Below, piece by piece: positions 1-9,351 of a stretch of 64,000 nucleotides of DNA (its first letter is position 1; each line of letters starts with the position of its first letter). The notes beneath the pieces were generated by a model. It saw only the letters and a list, made by a program, of their open reading frames with translations, did not search any database and was not told the origin of the DNA. The stretch comes from Nanobdellota archaeon (GTDB lineage: Archaea; Nanobdellota; Nanobdellia; Woesearchaeales; CG1-02-33-12). A program made the position numbers and the translations under genes. The stretch spans positions 33 to 64,032 of the forward strand of contig JAHJQG010000064.1 of the NCBI GenBank assembly GCA_018819345.1, in the 5' to 3' direction.

Positions 1-80
1 GTGCCAGAAAAGATTGGCCTGGCCAAAGAGTGCAACCGGCTTCGGACCGGTTCATTGGGGTTCAAATCCCCACAGGCTCA
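1..80 (+). tRNA. tRNA, 3' portion, truncated by the window edge; possibly anticodon UCG (Arg)
   Basis: T-arm TGGGG-TTCAAAT-CCCCA at 56-72. A 3' acceptor strand CAGGCTC plus discriminator A follows at 73-80, with no encoded CCA. A hairpin ACCGG-CTTCGGA-CCGGT at 35-51 resembles an anticodon arm. The 5' acceptor strand is not inside the window and the D region is irregular. Confidence 0.5.
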
Positions 81-147
81 CTACCCTTAAAATTAAAAAA
101 GAGAAATATTTATATAAATCGGTTCTAATGTAAAAAGCAGGTTAAAA

Positions 148-1314
148 ATGGTTAGAGGTAAATCACTCAAAATTCAAGTTCAACCAGATGTTCTGAAATG
201 GGCAATAAAGAATTCGGGTCTGCCTGAGAATCAAATAGCTAATAAAATAAAAGTAAATATTGATACATTAAATGATTGGTTAAGTGGAACCAAGAAACCT
301 ACATTGAGGCAATTAGAGAGCCTTTCTCAAATTCTTAAAAGACCTTTAGCTGCATTTTTTTTATCTAAACCTCCTGAAGAGAAGCCATTACCAAGGGATT
401 ATCGAATGATTCCAGATAAGATAGGTAAATTCAATAATAAGACAATATTAGCAATTAGAAAAGCGAGAAGGCTTCAGAGAGTCAGTAAAGAGCTTTCAGA
501 GAATCTTAAAACAGAAATGGAGACAGGAATACCATCAGTCAATTTATCTGATAATCCAAATTTAATTGCAGAGAAGTATCTAGAAATATTTAAAATTAAT
601 GAGGAAACTAGAAAAAAATGGAAATCTCCTTATGACGCACTTAATTACTTCAGAAACATATTGGAAGATAGAAATATTGTTGTTTTTAAAATATCAATGC
701 CTATAGAAGATGCAAGGGGGTTTACTCTAGTTGAAGAAGTCCCTCCCGTTATAGTTGTAAATTCTAAGGATTTACCTGAAGCGCAAGTATTTACTTTGTT
801 ACATGAATTTGGACATGTGCTTCTAAATAAATCTGGAGTTAGTATGCCAGATAATGCCTTATTTCAAAGAGAGGTTAACAAAGTTGAGAAATGGTGTAAT
901 GAATTTGCTTCAGCAATACTACTACCAGAAGATGTAGCTAAAACTACCTTTGAAAGAAATAAAGAGGATTTAATAGAGACCCAAACATTAAACAGATTGT
1001 CCAGAAAACTCAAGATAAGTAAAGCTATGCTTCTTTACAATATGTCCAAATTCAATTATATAACAAAATCTCAATACGAGTTAGTACTGAAGCGATATGA
1101 TCCTACTCAAATACCTACGAAAAAAGAGAAAAAGAAAAAAGGTGGAGGCGGAGTCAGTGCGGATAAGAAATGTATAAGTGAAAAAGGACAAATGTTTGTT
1201 TCTTTAGTTTCTAAAAATGTAAATGAGGGATTTATAACTCGCAGCGACGCTTTAGACTATTTATCAATAAAATCTCAGAATCTAGAAAAAGTAATGAGCC
1301 AGGCTATAAAATGA
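148..1314 (+). CDS. XRE-family HTH fused to an ImmA/IrrE-type zinc metallopeptidase
   Basis: The N-terminal helix-turn-helix segment is XRE-like. An HEFGH (HExxH) motif sits in the C-terminal half. The stop codon overlaps the start of the next gene. Confidence 0.65.
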   Translation: MVRGKSLKIQVQPDVLKWAIKNSGLPENQIANKIKVNIDTLNDWLSGTKKPTLRQLESLSQILKRPLAAFFLSKPPEEKPLPRDYRMIPDKIGKFNNKTILAIRKARRLQRVSKELSENLKTEMETGIPSVNLSDNPNLIAEKYLEIFKINEETRKKWKSPYDALNYFRNILEDRNIVVFKISMPIEDARGFTLVEEVPPVIVVNSKDLPEAQVFTLLHEFGHVLLNKSGVSMPDNALFQREVNKVEKWCNEFASAILLPEDVAKTTFERNKEDLIETQTLNRLSRKLKISKAMLLYNMSKFNYITKSQYELVLKRYDPTQIPTKKEKKKKGGGGVSADKKCISEKGQMFVSLVSKNVNEGFITRSDALDYLSIKSQNLEKVMSQAIK

Positions 1315-1811
1315 GTGATAGAAATTATTATGTTATTGATACAAGTTCCTTAATTGATTTGAATTATAGATATCCTGTTGATGTTTTTCCAGGTATTTGG
1401 AAAAATCTTGAAAAACTAATCGCTAATGAATTGTTGCTTTCTCCAAAAGAAGTTCTAAAAGAAATTAAAGATGAATCACTGAAAGAATGGGCTAAAAAAC
1501 AAAAAAAGCTATTCAGAGAGTTAGATGAATTACAAGTTCAAATTGTTCAAGAAATTCTTAAAAAATATCCATCATTAGCTAAGCCAGATAAGGATGGTCC
1601 TCAGGCAGACCCATTTGTAATAGCATTAGCTGTTTCTTTAGAAAAGGATCCACAAAAGACTTTAATAAAAACAATTAAAAAAAGAATTATTGTAACTGAA
1701 GAAAGGTTGAAAGGAAGTAAGGAGAAGATTCCTTTTGTGTGTAAAGATTATGACATTGATTGTATAAATGTAATTGAATTATTTAGAACTGAAGGTTGGA
1801 AATTTCAGTAA
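1311..1811 (+). CDS. DUF4411-like, PIN-like partner of the ImmA/IrrE peptidase
   Basis: ATGA overlaps the upstream gene. At about 166 aa, its size and position match the partner proteins usually found next to ImmA/IrrE peptidases. Confidence 0.45.
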   Translation: MSDRNYYVIDTSSLIDLNYRYPVDVFPGIWKNLEKLIANELLLSPKEVLKEIKDESLKEWAKKQKKLFRELDELQVQIVQEILKKYPSLAKPDKDGPQADPFVIALAVSLEKDPQKTLIKTIKKRIIVTEERLKGSKEKIPFVCKDYDIDCINVIELFRTEGWKFQ

Positions 1812-2004
1812 TTTTTCTTGGCCGATTCTCCTTAGCAATATCCTTTATTCTCATAAACTAGAAAGCTATTAAACTATTAATAAAGATTTACAAAGAATTA
1901 TCGGAATTCTTACAGATAGCAAATGTTAAGGTGACCACAAAATAATCCAAATGTAGTCACCTATTACCAAAACATTTAAATATGTAGTCACCTATTATAC
2001 TATA

Positions 2005-2961
2005 ATGCACATAGAAAAAAGAAAGAATGGAAAGAGAATAAAGTATTATCTTGCTCATTCATACAGGGAAGGCCAAAAAGTCCATAAATTCAGGAAATAC
2101 TTAGGACAGGATTTGACAAAAGAAAAACTAAATGAAAGAAAACAAATTGCAGAAAAGCTTATTTTAGAAGAAATACACAAGTACAATATTATCAAAGACC
2201 CCTTGCATTTTGAGCTCTCTAAAGAAGAGATAGAAGAAATTAAAGCATTAGAGGCTGAAATTCCTCTCAAAATATCCCATCTCTCAGAAAAAGACTGGCA
2301 GTCTTTCTCAGAAATATTTACATATAATACAAACGCAATAGAAGGAAGCAGATTAAACCAAAAAGAAGTAAATGACCTCTTGGAAAAAGACAAATGGCCC
2401 GAAAAGTCAAAAGAGGATATTGCAGAAGCGTATGGCGTTGATGAGGCAATACGATTTATAAGAGGAACAAAAGAGCATATATCAATAGCTCTTATTAAAA
2501 AAATACATAAGATAGTTTTCAAAAACTCAAAGCCTTTTGCAGGAAAGCTAAGAAAGAGAGGTGAAGAAGTAGTTGTGATGGACAGCAAAGGAAATGTTGT
2601 GCATGAAGGAGCATCTCAATCAAGAATAAATCACTTATTAAAAGAGCTTATTAATTGGTATGATAAAAATAAGACAAAATACCCAGCTTTGGTTCTTGGT
2701 GCAGTAGCTCATAACCAATTTGAGAATATTCATCCTTTCAAAGATGGAAATGGAAGAGTTGGAAGAATTCTCCTAAATAATATATTGATCAAGCATGGCT
2801 TGCCACCAATTAATATAGATTTCAAGAACAGGGCAGAATATTATAGCACACTAAAAGCATATGAACTAAACAAAAACTTAAAACCTACAATAAGTTTATA
2901 CATGAAAGAATACAAGAATCTAAAGAAGAAGTTAGATGACTACAAAAACAAGAAAAAGTAG
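2005..2961 (+). CDS. fic: Fic/Doc family protein (AMPylase-type)
   Basis: Canonical Fic motif HPFKDGNGRVGR. Confidence 0.8.
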   Translation: MHIEKRKNGKRIKYYLAHSYREGQKVHKFRKYLGQDLTKEKLNERKQIAEKLILEEIHKYNIIKDPLHFELSKEEIEEIKALEAEIPLKISHLSEKDWQSFSEIFTYNTNAIEGSRLNQKEVNDLLEKDKWPEKSKEDIAEAYGVDEAIRFIRGTKEHISIALIKKIHKIVFKNSKPFAGKLRKRGEEVVVMDSKGNVVHEGASQSRINHLLKELINWYDKNKTKYPALVLGAVAHNQFENIHPFKDGNGRVGRILLNNILIKHGLPPINIDFKNRAEYYSTLKAYELNKNLKPTISLYMKEYKNLKKKLDDYKNKKK

Positions 2962-3064
2962 TCACCAAGTGTTGCAAGTGATAAATTATAGCAAAGGATT
3001 GCCGGAATTATTTCAGCATTTCTGAAAGATTTAATATATTATTAGCAAAATTTTTATATGTTGG

Positions 3065-3679
3065 GTGATGATATGTTCTTATAAGATATTTACATTAATG
3101 AAAATGGAAGAAATCATAAAATTAAGAAAACTATATGGCCTTAAAAAGGTTTACAGGGCCAACTCTGTTGAAAACAGGAAAGAAAGCTCTGCAGAGCATA
3201 GCTGGAGCTGTTTGATTTTAGCTGATTATTTCTTAAATATTACAGATATTAAACTTGATAGGCTAAAAGTATATGAATTATTGATGTATCATGATGTTAT
3301 AGAGATTGAGGCAGGAGACACACCCCTGCATAAAGAAGAAGAAAGAAAAAACCAAAGGGAAAAAGAACTAAAGGCATTAAATAAGTTAAAACATGAAATT
3401 CCCAGGGAATTAAAAACAAAATTTGTGAATTTAGTTAATGAGTTTGAGGAAAATAAAACAAAAGAAGCTAAATTTGCCCAGGCAATTGACAAACTTGATG
3501 CACAAATTCATGAATTAGACTATAAAAAAGACTGGAAAGGCTGGACTGAAGAATTTTTAAGAGCTGAAAAAGAAATATATTTCAAGGAATTTCCAAAAAT
3601 AAAACAAGCATTTGAAAAAATAACAGATTATGCAAGGGAAAATGGTTATTTTGACCAACGAAAATGGAAATTTTTTTAG
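3065..3679 (+). CDS. HD-domain phosphohydrolase, YfbR-like 5'-deoxynucleotidase family
   Basis: H...HD...D metal-binding pattern: HSWSC, MYHDVIEIEAGD. Confidence 0.55.
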   Translation: MMICSYKIFTLMKMEEIIKLRKLYGLKKVYRANSVENRKESSAEHSWSCLILADYFLNITDIKLDRLKVYELLMYHDVIEIEAGDTPLHKEEERKNQREKELKALNKLKHEIPRELKTKFVNLVNEFEENKTKEAKFAQAIDKLDAQIHELDYKKDWKGWTEEFLRAEKEIYFKEFPKIKQAFEKITDYARENGYFDQRKWKFF

Positions 3680-3717
3680 TAGCAATATTTAAATAATATC
3701 CCTTATTTTTTCATTCT

Positions 3718-4323
3718 ATGAAGCTTATAATAACAAGGCATGCACAAACAAGCTGGAATAAAGAAAATCCAACTAGGTTTCAGGGCATTAAAGATACTGA
3801 TTTATCTAAAGAAGGAAAAGAGCAGGCAAGAAAGTTGGCCTTAAGATTAAAAGACCATAAAATTAAATTAATATTTACAAGCCCGCTAAAAAGAACACTG
3901 GAAACTGCCAAAGAGATTAAGAAATTTCATCCAAAAGCAGAAATTATTGTTGATAATGACCTTAAGGAACTGGATTTTGGCATATTAGAGGGATTAACAG
4001 ATCAGGGAATACAGGAAAAATACAAGGAAATATGGGAAGCAAGGGAAAAAGACAAGTTTAACTATAAGATTCCCAAAGGAGAAAGCTATGCAGAAACAGA
4101 GGTAAGGGCTTTAAGAATTCTTAATAAAATAATTAAAACAAAAAAAGATTCAGTAATTGTTGCCCATGCTACAATAAACAAATTATTTTTTAAGAAATTA
4201 TTGAAAAAACCGCTTGAAGACATCAGCAGAAATTTCTTTAACAACACATCTGTCTCTGTATTTAATATTAAGGATAATGATGTTTTTGTTGAAGAATTCA
4301 ATTGTGATAAGCATCTGAGGTAA
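3718..4323 (+). CDS. histidine phosphatase (phosphoglycerate-mutase superfamily)
   Basis: N-terminal RHxxT motif (ITRHAQTSWN) and the catalytic His region. Confidence 0.65.
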   Translation: MKLIITRHAQTSWNKENPTRFQGIKDTDLSKEGKEQARKLALRLKDHKIKLIFTSPLKRTLETAKEIKKFHPKAEIIVDNDLKELDFGILEGLTDQGIQEKYKEIWEAREKDKFNYKIPKGESYAETEVRALRILNKIIKTKKDSVIVAHATINKLFFKKLLKKPLEDISRNFFNNTSVSVFNIKDNDVFVEEFNCDKHLR

Positions 4324-4334
4324 TGAAAAGGTAA

Positions 4335-4919
4335 TCAAAAATTTTTATTCCATTCACCAGCTTCTTTTCCTTTTATGACCTTGTCAAGCATCTCCAGCTC
4401 TTCATATATCCCTGCAATTAACTTATACTTTTTTGCTTGTTTAAAAGTTACCCAGGCATATTCTGTCAGTGCAGGACAAAGCTTGACTTTTCCATCAAGA
4501 TAGTCTGCATAAAGGCTTACAATAAGTGTTGGAATCATGTCAGAACGAACATAAGCAAGGCTTGTTAAATACCTAATATTTTTTATTTTTAGCCCAGTCT
4601 CTTCCATTACTTCTCTCTTAAGCAGGTTTTCAAATATATTATACCAATGTGAGGAAGTATCTTTTGGTCTTTTTATATAATCATTAAGTTCTAATTTACC
4701 GCCTGGAACTGTCCACTGGTTTGGAAATGCTTTTTCTGTTGGTGATCTTTTTGTGATTAGAAATTTATTATCTTTTATGATTATCCCTGTTACAACAACA
4801 TAATGTGCCTTATTTTTATCATGCATAAAGTAAACTAAAAATTCTAAATATAAAAGACTTTCTTTTTCCCAAAAGTTATTTAAGTTAGATATTTTCCCTT
4901 TTTTTGATGCACGAGACAA
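4335..4919 (-). CDS. NUDIX hydrolase
   Basis: Nudix box GGKLE...REVMEETGL. Confidence 0.75.
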   Translation of the reverse strand: MSRASKKGKISNLNNFWEKESLLYLEFLVYFMHDKNKAHYVVVTGIIIKDNKFLITKRSPTEKAFPNQWTVPGGKLELNDYIKRPKDTSSHWYNIFENLLKREVMEETGLKIKNIRYLTSLAYVRSDMIPTLIVSLYADYLDGKVKLCPALTEYAWVTFKQAKKYKLIAGIYEELEMLDKVIKGKEAGEWNKNF

Positions 4920-6334
4920 AAAACATTATTAAAGGCGACTTAAAGAAAGTAATTTTGAGGCTTTCCTGGCCTATGATGATTTCAAACCTTCTCCAGGCAA
5001 CTTATAACATAACAGACACATTCTGGGTTGGCAGGCTTGGAAGCTATGCAATTGCAGCAGTGACAATCAGTTTTCCCCTTGTTTTTGTTATGATAGCTAT
5101 TGCAATGGGAATTGGTGTTGGCGGCTCTATACTTATAGCGCATGCAGCAGGAAAGGCATTTAAGACAAAAAAGGAAAAAGACAAAAAACAGATTAACCTT
5201 ATAACCTCGCAGACTTTTGTTCTGCTTTTTTTAGCTGCAGTTGCAGTGTCTTTTATTGGCTTTTTATTTACTCCCAAGATTGTTTCACTGTTAAGTTCTG
5301 AACAGGCTGTTTTTGAAAGCGCAGTTGTTTACATGAGAACAATATTTATAGGCTTTTCATTTATGGTTCTTTATTATGTTTTTGAGGCAGCATTAAGGGC
5401 ACTGGGAAACACAAAAACACCAATGAAATTTGTTTTTATCTCAGTATTAATTAATGTGATCCTTGACCCAATACTTATTTTTGGATTAGGGCCTTTTCCA
5501 AAGATGGGTGTTTTTGGAGCAGCCTTAGCCACTGTAATCTCAAGAGCAATCATAAGCTTAATTGCACTCTATCATTTAATCAAAGGAACTTATGGAATAA
5601 GATTTGAACTTGATTTCCTAAAGCCAAAAATAAAGGTAATAAAGGATATTCTTAAGCTTGGAATCCCAACCACTTTTGAAATGGGATCAATAGCTATAGG
5701 GTCCTTTATGATTACTTACATAGTTGGTGCTTTGGGAACTGCAACATTAGCTGCTTTTGGAATTGTCACGAGATTATTCAGTTTTTTCATGATTCCCTCA
5801 TTAGCAATATCTGTTTCAATATCAACAATAGTTGCCCAGAATTTTGGTGCTGGGAATCTCAAGAGAGCATTTATTTCATTGAAAGAATCTGCAAAATTAG
5901 GATTTAAGATAATAATTGTTATCAGTGTTTTTACCTTTATGTTTTCAAGACAAATAATAAGTGCTTTTACAGTTGATGCAGAAGTTATTTATCTTGGAAC
6001 CATGTTTTTAAGGATTATTTCTCCATTTATAATCCTCGGCTTTGGAAGGCATGTTTTCATAGGGTTCTTCAGGGGAATAAAGCGTACAGATATTTCAATG
6101 GCTGTGAGCATTATCAACCATTTTATATTAAGGATAGGGGGTGCTTATGTGCTTGCTTTTGTTTTTAATTTAAAGGCAGTGGGAATCTGGTGGTCTTATC
6201 CGTCAATGATGTTTTTAAGCCTTATTATTACATACATCATCTATTTGAGGATTAAGAAGAATATCATAAAAAAGAAAGTGGATGTTGAGGGCATAATATT
6301 AAAATCTGAAGCAGAGTCAGAGATTGTTGAATAA
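4904..6334 (+). CDS. MATE-family multidrug efflux transporter
   Basis: About 12 predicted TM helices and a MATE-like repeat organisation. Confidence 0.75.
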   Translation: MMHETKNIIKGDLKKVILRLSWPMMISNLLQATYNITDTFWVGRLGSYAIAAVTISFPLVFVMIAIAMGIGVGGSILIAHAAGKAFKTKKEKDKKQINLITSQTFVLLFLAAVAVSFIGFLFTPKIVSLLSSEQAVFESAVVYMRTIFIGFSFMVLYYVFEAALRALGNTKTPMKFVFISVLINVILDPILIFGLGPFPKMGVFGAALATVISRAIISLIALYHLIKGTYGIRFELDFLKPKIKVIKDILKLGIPTTFEMGSIAIGSFMITYIVGALGTATLAAFGIVTRLFSFFMIPSLAISVSISTIVAQNFGAGNLKRAFISLKESAKLGFKIIIVISVFTFMFSRQIISAFTVDAEVIYLGTMFLRIISPFIILGFGRHVFIGFFRGIKRTDISMAVSIINHFILRIGGAYVLAFVFNLKAVGIWWSYPSMMFLSLIITYIIYLRIKKNIIKKKVDVEGIILKSEAESEIVE

Positions 6335-6348
6335 TTCTTTGGTTTTTA

Positions 6349-6432
6349 TGCGGGAGACGTGATTCGAACACGCGTACCCACTAAGAGACAAGGCTCTGAA
6401 CCTTGCGCATTTGGCCACTCTGCCACTCCCGC
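6349..6432 (-). tRNA. tRNA-Leu (anticodon CAG)
   Basis: The reverse complement reads GCGGGAG...CAAGG-TTCAGAG-CCTTG...TTCGAATC...CTCCCGCA. It has a perfect 7-bp acceptor stem, the anticodon loop gives CAG, and the long variable arm is typical of Leu. It also forms a GC-rich island in AT-rich DNA. Confidence 0.85.
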
Positions 6433-6552
6433 GTGTATCTAGGAATATAAGCAAGATATTTAAAATTTATTAAAATCACTTATTTGTTAATGAAAGCCTT
6501 TAATCAAACTAAAACAAAAAGATTTTAAATAAAGGATAAAATCAGATTAAAT

Positions 6553-7989
6553 ATGGCCAAAAAGCAAACACTAGGACTAAATGTAAAGAAAAACGATAAT
6601 TTAAGTGAGTGGTACACGCAGGTTGTGCAAAAAGCAGAGCTTGCTGACTATAGCTCTGTTTCTGGCTGCATGGTTTTGAGGCCCAATTCATATGCTATCT
6701 GGGAAAATATACAGAAAATCTTTGACAGCATGCTAAAGAAAACAGGCCACAAGAACGCATACTTTCCTTTATTTATACCTGAGCATCTTCTAATAAAAGA
6801 AAAAGAGCATGTCAAGGGCTTTGCACCAGAAGTGGCCTGGGTAACACATGCTGGCAATACAAAGATGAAAGAAAGGCTTGCTATAAGGCCTACATCTGAA
6901 ACAATAATAAATGAGTCATATGCAAAATGGGTGAGATCCTGGAGAGACCTGCCTTTATTAATAAACCAGTGGTGCAATATTGTAAGATGGGAATTCAAGT
7001 ATCCAAAGCCTTTTCTTAGAACAAGGGAGTTTTTATGGCAGGAAGGCCACACTGTTCATGCAACAGAAAAAGAAGCAGATAAAGAAGTAATGGATATTCT
7101 TAGCATGTATAAGGATTTAATGGAAAATTATCTTGCAATCCCTGTTCTTACTGGCAAAAAAACAGAAAAAGAGAAATTTGCAGGAGCTGTTTATACAATG
7201 GCTCTTGAGGCATTTATGCCGGATGGCAAGGCATTGCAGATGGGCACATCACATATGCTTGGGCAGAATTTTGCAAAAGCATTTAAGATAAAATTCCTGG
7301 GAAAGGATGAAAAATATCATATACCATGGCAGACTTCCTGGGGAATAAGCACAAGAATGATAGGGGCAATAATAATGGTTCATGGGGATGATAATGGCTT
7401 GATAATACCACCAAAAATAGCCCCAATCCATGCAGTCATAGTTCCAATCCTTTTTGACAAATCAAAAGAAAAAATACTGAAAAAAGCAGAGGAAATAAAA
7501 AATAAATTAAAGGATTATAATATTGAAATAGACAAGAGAGAGGAATACTCCCCTGGATGGAAATTTCATGAATGGGAGCTAAAAGGAGTCCCATTGAGGA
7601 TAGAGCTCGGTCCAAGGGATTTAGAGAAAAACCAGGTTGTTCTGGTAAGAAGGGATACAGGAGAAAAAAATTCTGTTAAAATAAAAAAATTAAATAAAAA
7701 AATTAAACAAACCCTTGATAAAATCCAGAAAAACCTTTTCACAAAAGCAAAAAGTTTCCTCAATAAAAATATTGTTGAGGTTAATAACTGGAAAGATTTT
7801 TTAAAGGCAATAAAAGCAAAGAAAATACCAAAGGCTTTTTTCTGCGGAGAAAAAGAATGCGAGGACTTAATCAAATTTGAATCAGATGGCGCAACCTCAA
7901 GATGCATTGAATCTAATAAAGAAGCTGGAAAATGCATTAAATGCAACAAAAAGGCCAAATACAAAATTTACTTCAGCAAGTCATACTAA
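6553..7989 (+). CDS. proS: prolyl-tRNA synthetase, archaeal/eukaryotic type
   Basis: Class II aaRS motifs are present. A C-terminal Cys-rich zinc domain ends in the conserved terminal Tyr. Confidence 0.9.
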   Translation: MAKKQTLGLNVKKNDNLSEWYTQVVQKAELADYSSVSGCMVLRPNSYAIWENIQKIFDSMLKKTGHKNAYFPLFIPEHLLIKEKEHVKGFAPEVAWVTHAGNTKMKERLAIRPTSETIINESYAKWVRSWRDLPLLINQWCNIVRWEFKYPKPFLRTREFLWQEGHTVHATEKEADKEVMDILSMYKDLMENYLAIPVLTGKKTEKEKFAGAVYTMALEAFMPDGKALQMGTSHMLGQNFAKAFKIKFLGKDEKYHIPWQTSWGISTRMIGAIIMVHGDDNGLIIPPKIAPIHAVIVPILFDKSKEKILKKAEEIKNKLKDYNIEIDKREEYSPGWKFHEWELKGVPLRIELGPRDLEKNQVVLVRRDTGEKNSVKIKKLNKKIKQTLDKIQKNLFTKAKSFLNKNIVEVNNWKDFLKAIKAKKIPKAFFCGEKECEDLIKFESDGATSRCIESNKEAGKCIKCNKKAKYKIYFSKSY

Positions 7990-8584
7990 TTCTTATTAAA
8001 TCATTTAATTCTTTACTCATGCTTAAAGCAACTGCCAGAGCGCCGTTCTCTGCATTTCCTGATGAGCCTGCAAAGCATATAATCAATATATCTCCTTTTT
8101 TGAAATCAAAGCATTTAAGGATTTTATCATATGCTTTTTTGTAATTTTCCTTAAAATTAATATCTGCATCTGGAATATAAAGTTCTTTATCAAATTTTAG
8201 AATAACAGCACCATCTGCCCCTTGTTTAACAGCAATATCCCTTTGCTCAAAACTTATTTTTATGTTTTTATCTGCTTTCTTTAATAAAACAACTGCTTTT
8301 TCAAGCTCAGGGTAAAAATCCTCTAACATTAATCTTTTAACCACTATGCTCTTTTCTATTTTTTTAAAAAATAAACTGCCTTTTTCAGTCAATGAATGCC
8401 CTCTTTTCGTAGAGTAAATTAAATTTTTGTCTTTTAAAATATCCAAGATTGTTCTTACAGTTCCCTCACCCAAAGCAAGTTTAGTAACAAGTTCATTCCT
8501 GCTAATATTCTCTTTCATCAGCAAAAATGCCCTTATAATATCTGTTTTTACATAGCCAGGTATGTTGCCTACCATAAGAAACAA
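7973..8584 (-). CDS. winged-HTH regulator-like protein with a C-terminal domain of unknown function
   Basis: N-terminal wHTH-like segment ELVTKLALGEGTVRTILDILKDKNLI. No further match was recognised. Confidence 0.35.
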   Translation of the reverse strand: MFLMVGNIPGYVKTDIIRAFLLMKENISRNELVTKLALGEGTVRTILDILKDKNLIYSTKRGHSLTEKGSLFFKKIEKSIVVKRLMLEDFYPELEKAVVLLKKADKNIKISFEQRDIAVKQGADGAVILKFDKELYIPDADINFKENYKKAYDKILKCFDFKKGDILIICFAGSSGNAENGALAVALSMSKELNDLIRISMTC

Positions 8585-8613
8585 AAGCCTTATATAGTAT
8601 TTATAGTTTTCTG

Positions 8614-9282
8614 TTGGATATGATATCCAACAACATTAAAGAAAATCATAAAATCCTTTGCGTAAAAAAAATTAACAATATCAAGGAAAATCGCAAATCA
8701 ATCAGCGTAAAAGAGAATAAAAAGACTAACAAAATCAAGGAAAAATCAATAAGCGTAAAAAAGACTAAAAATCTTATTGAATTAATAGAAATAATTGAAC
8801 AGATAAAAAAACAGCAGAACAAAGATAAAATAATCAATAAAGAAAAATCACCAAAAGAAAAAAAGGATTTAGAAGAACTTCCTGAAGTTGATAATAAAAA
8901 GACTTTCAGAAGATGGGAAAAGGATTATATCTCATTGATTCAGAACATAATTTACGAGAAATCATTTTATGACTCAACTTCTGGATTTGACTATGATAAT
9001 TACAAAATAAGTATAACTCAAAAAAAGCAAGAGCTATTTACCCAGTTTTATAATGGTATAAACACCCCATCAAAAGAAATAAAAAATTATGATTCCCCTA
9101 TCCTGGATAATCATAAGGTTGATGATATTTTGGAAAAAATAAAAGTCAGGCACATTTTAGGTCAGATTACTTCAGATTACATAGTGCCGGATGGTATTGA
9201 CCCAGATGATTTTGATAAATTCAAGATATTCAAGGAAGTAAACCGCCTTTGGATAAGCACAAAATATGCATTATCACTCTGA
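8614..9282 (+). CDS. Lys/Asn-rich low-complexity protein with internal imperfect repeats
   Basis: ORF with repeated ISVKENKK / ISVKKTKN units. Its coding status is plausible but unverified. Confidence 0.3.
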   Translation: MDMISNNIKENHKILCVKKINNIKENRKSISVKENKKTNKIKEKSISVKKTKNLIELIEIIEQIKKQQNKDKIINKEKSPKEKKDLEELPEVDNKKTFRRWEKDYISLIQNIIYEKSFYDSTSGFDYDNYKISITQKKQELFTQFYNGINTPSKEIKNYDSPILDNHKVDDILEKIKVRHILGQITSDYIVPDGIDPDDFDKFKIFKEVNRLWISTKYALSL

Positions 9283-9351
9283 TGGATTCTTAAAAAAGTG
9301 AATATTTAAATATAGATTATGTTTTAAAAATCTTAACATAAAAAGAGGTGC

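Noticed and set aside
81-83. A CTA after the tRNA discriminator, considered as a mutated CCA.
   Set aside because: Archaeal tRNA genes usually do not encode CCA. It is not evidence of a pseudogene.
2055-2588. Antisense and shadow ORFs in the six-frame track. Examples are 2055..2588 -, 5044..5277 -, 6648..7052 -, 13655..14113 -, 15127..15432 +, 45185..45982 +, 53525..55261 + and 56955..57341 +.
   Set aside because: Each lies wholly inside a longer ORF on the opposite strand or in another frame that has clear family motifs. Their low-complexity, Ser/Leu/Phe-rich compositions are typical of AT-rich antisense reading, so they are treated as non-coding.
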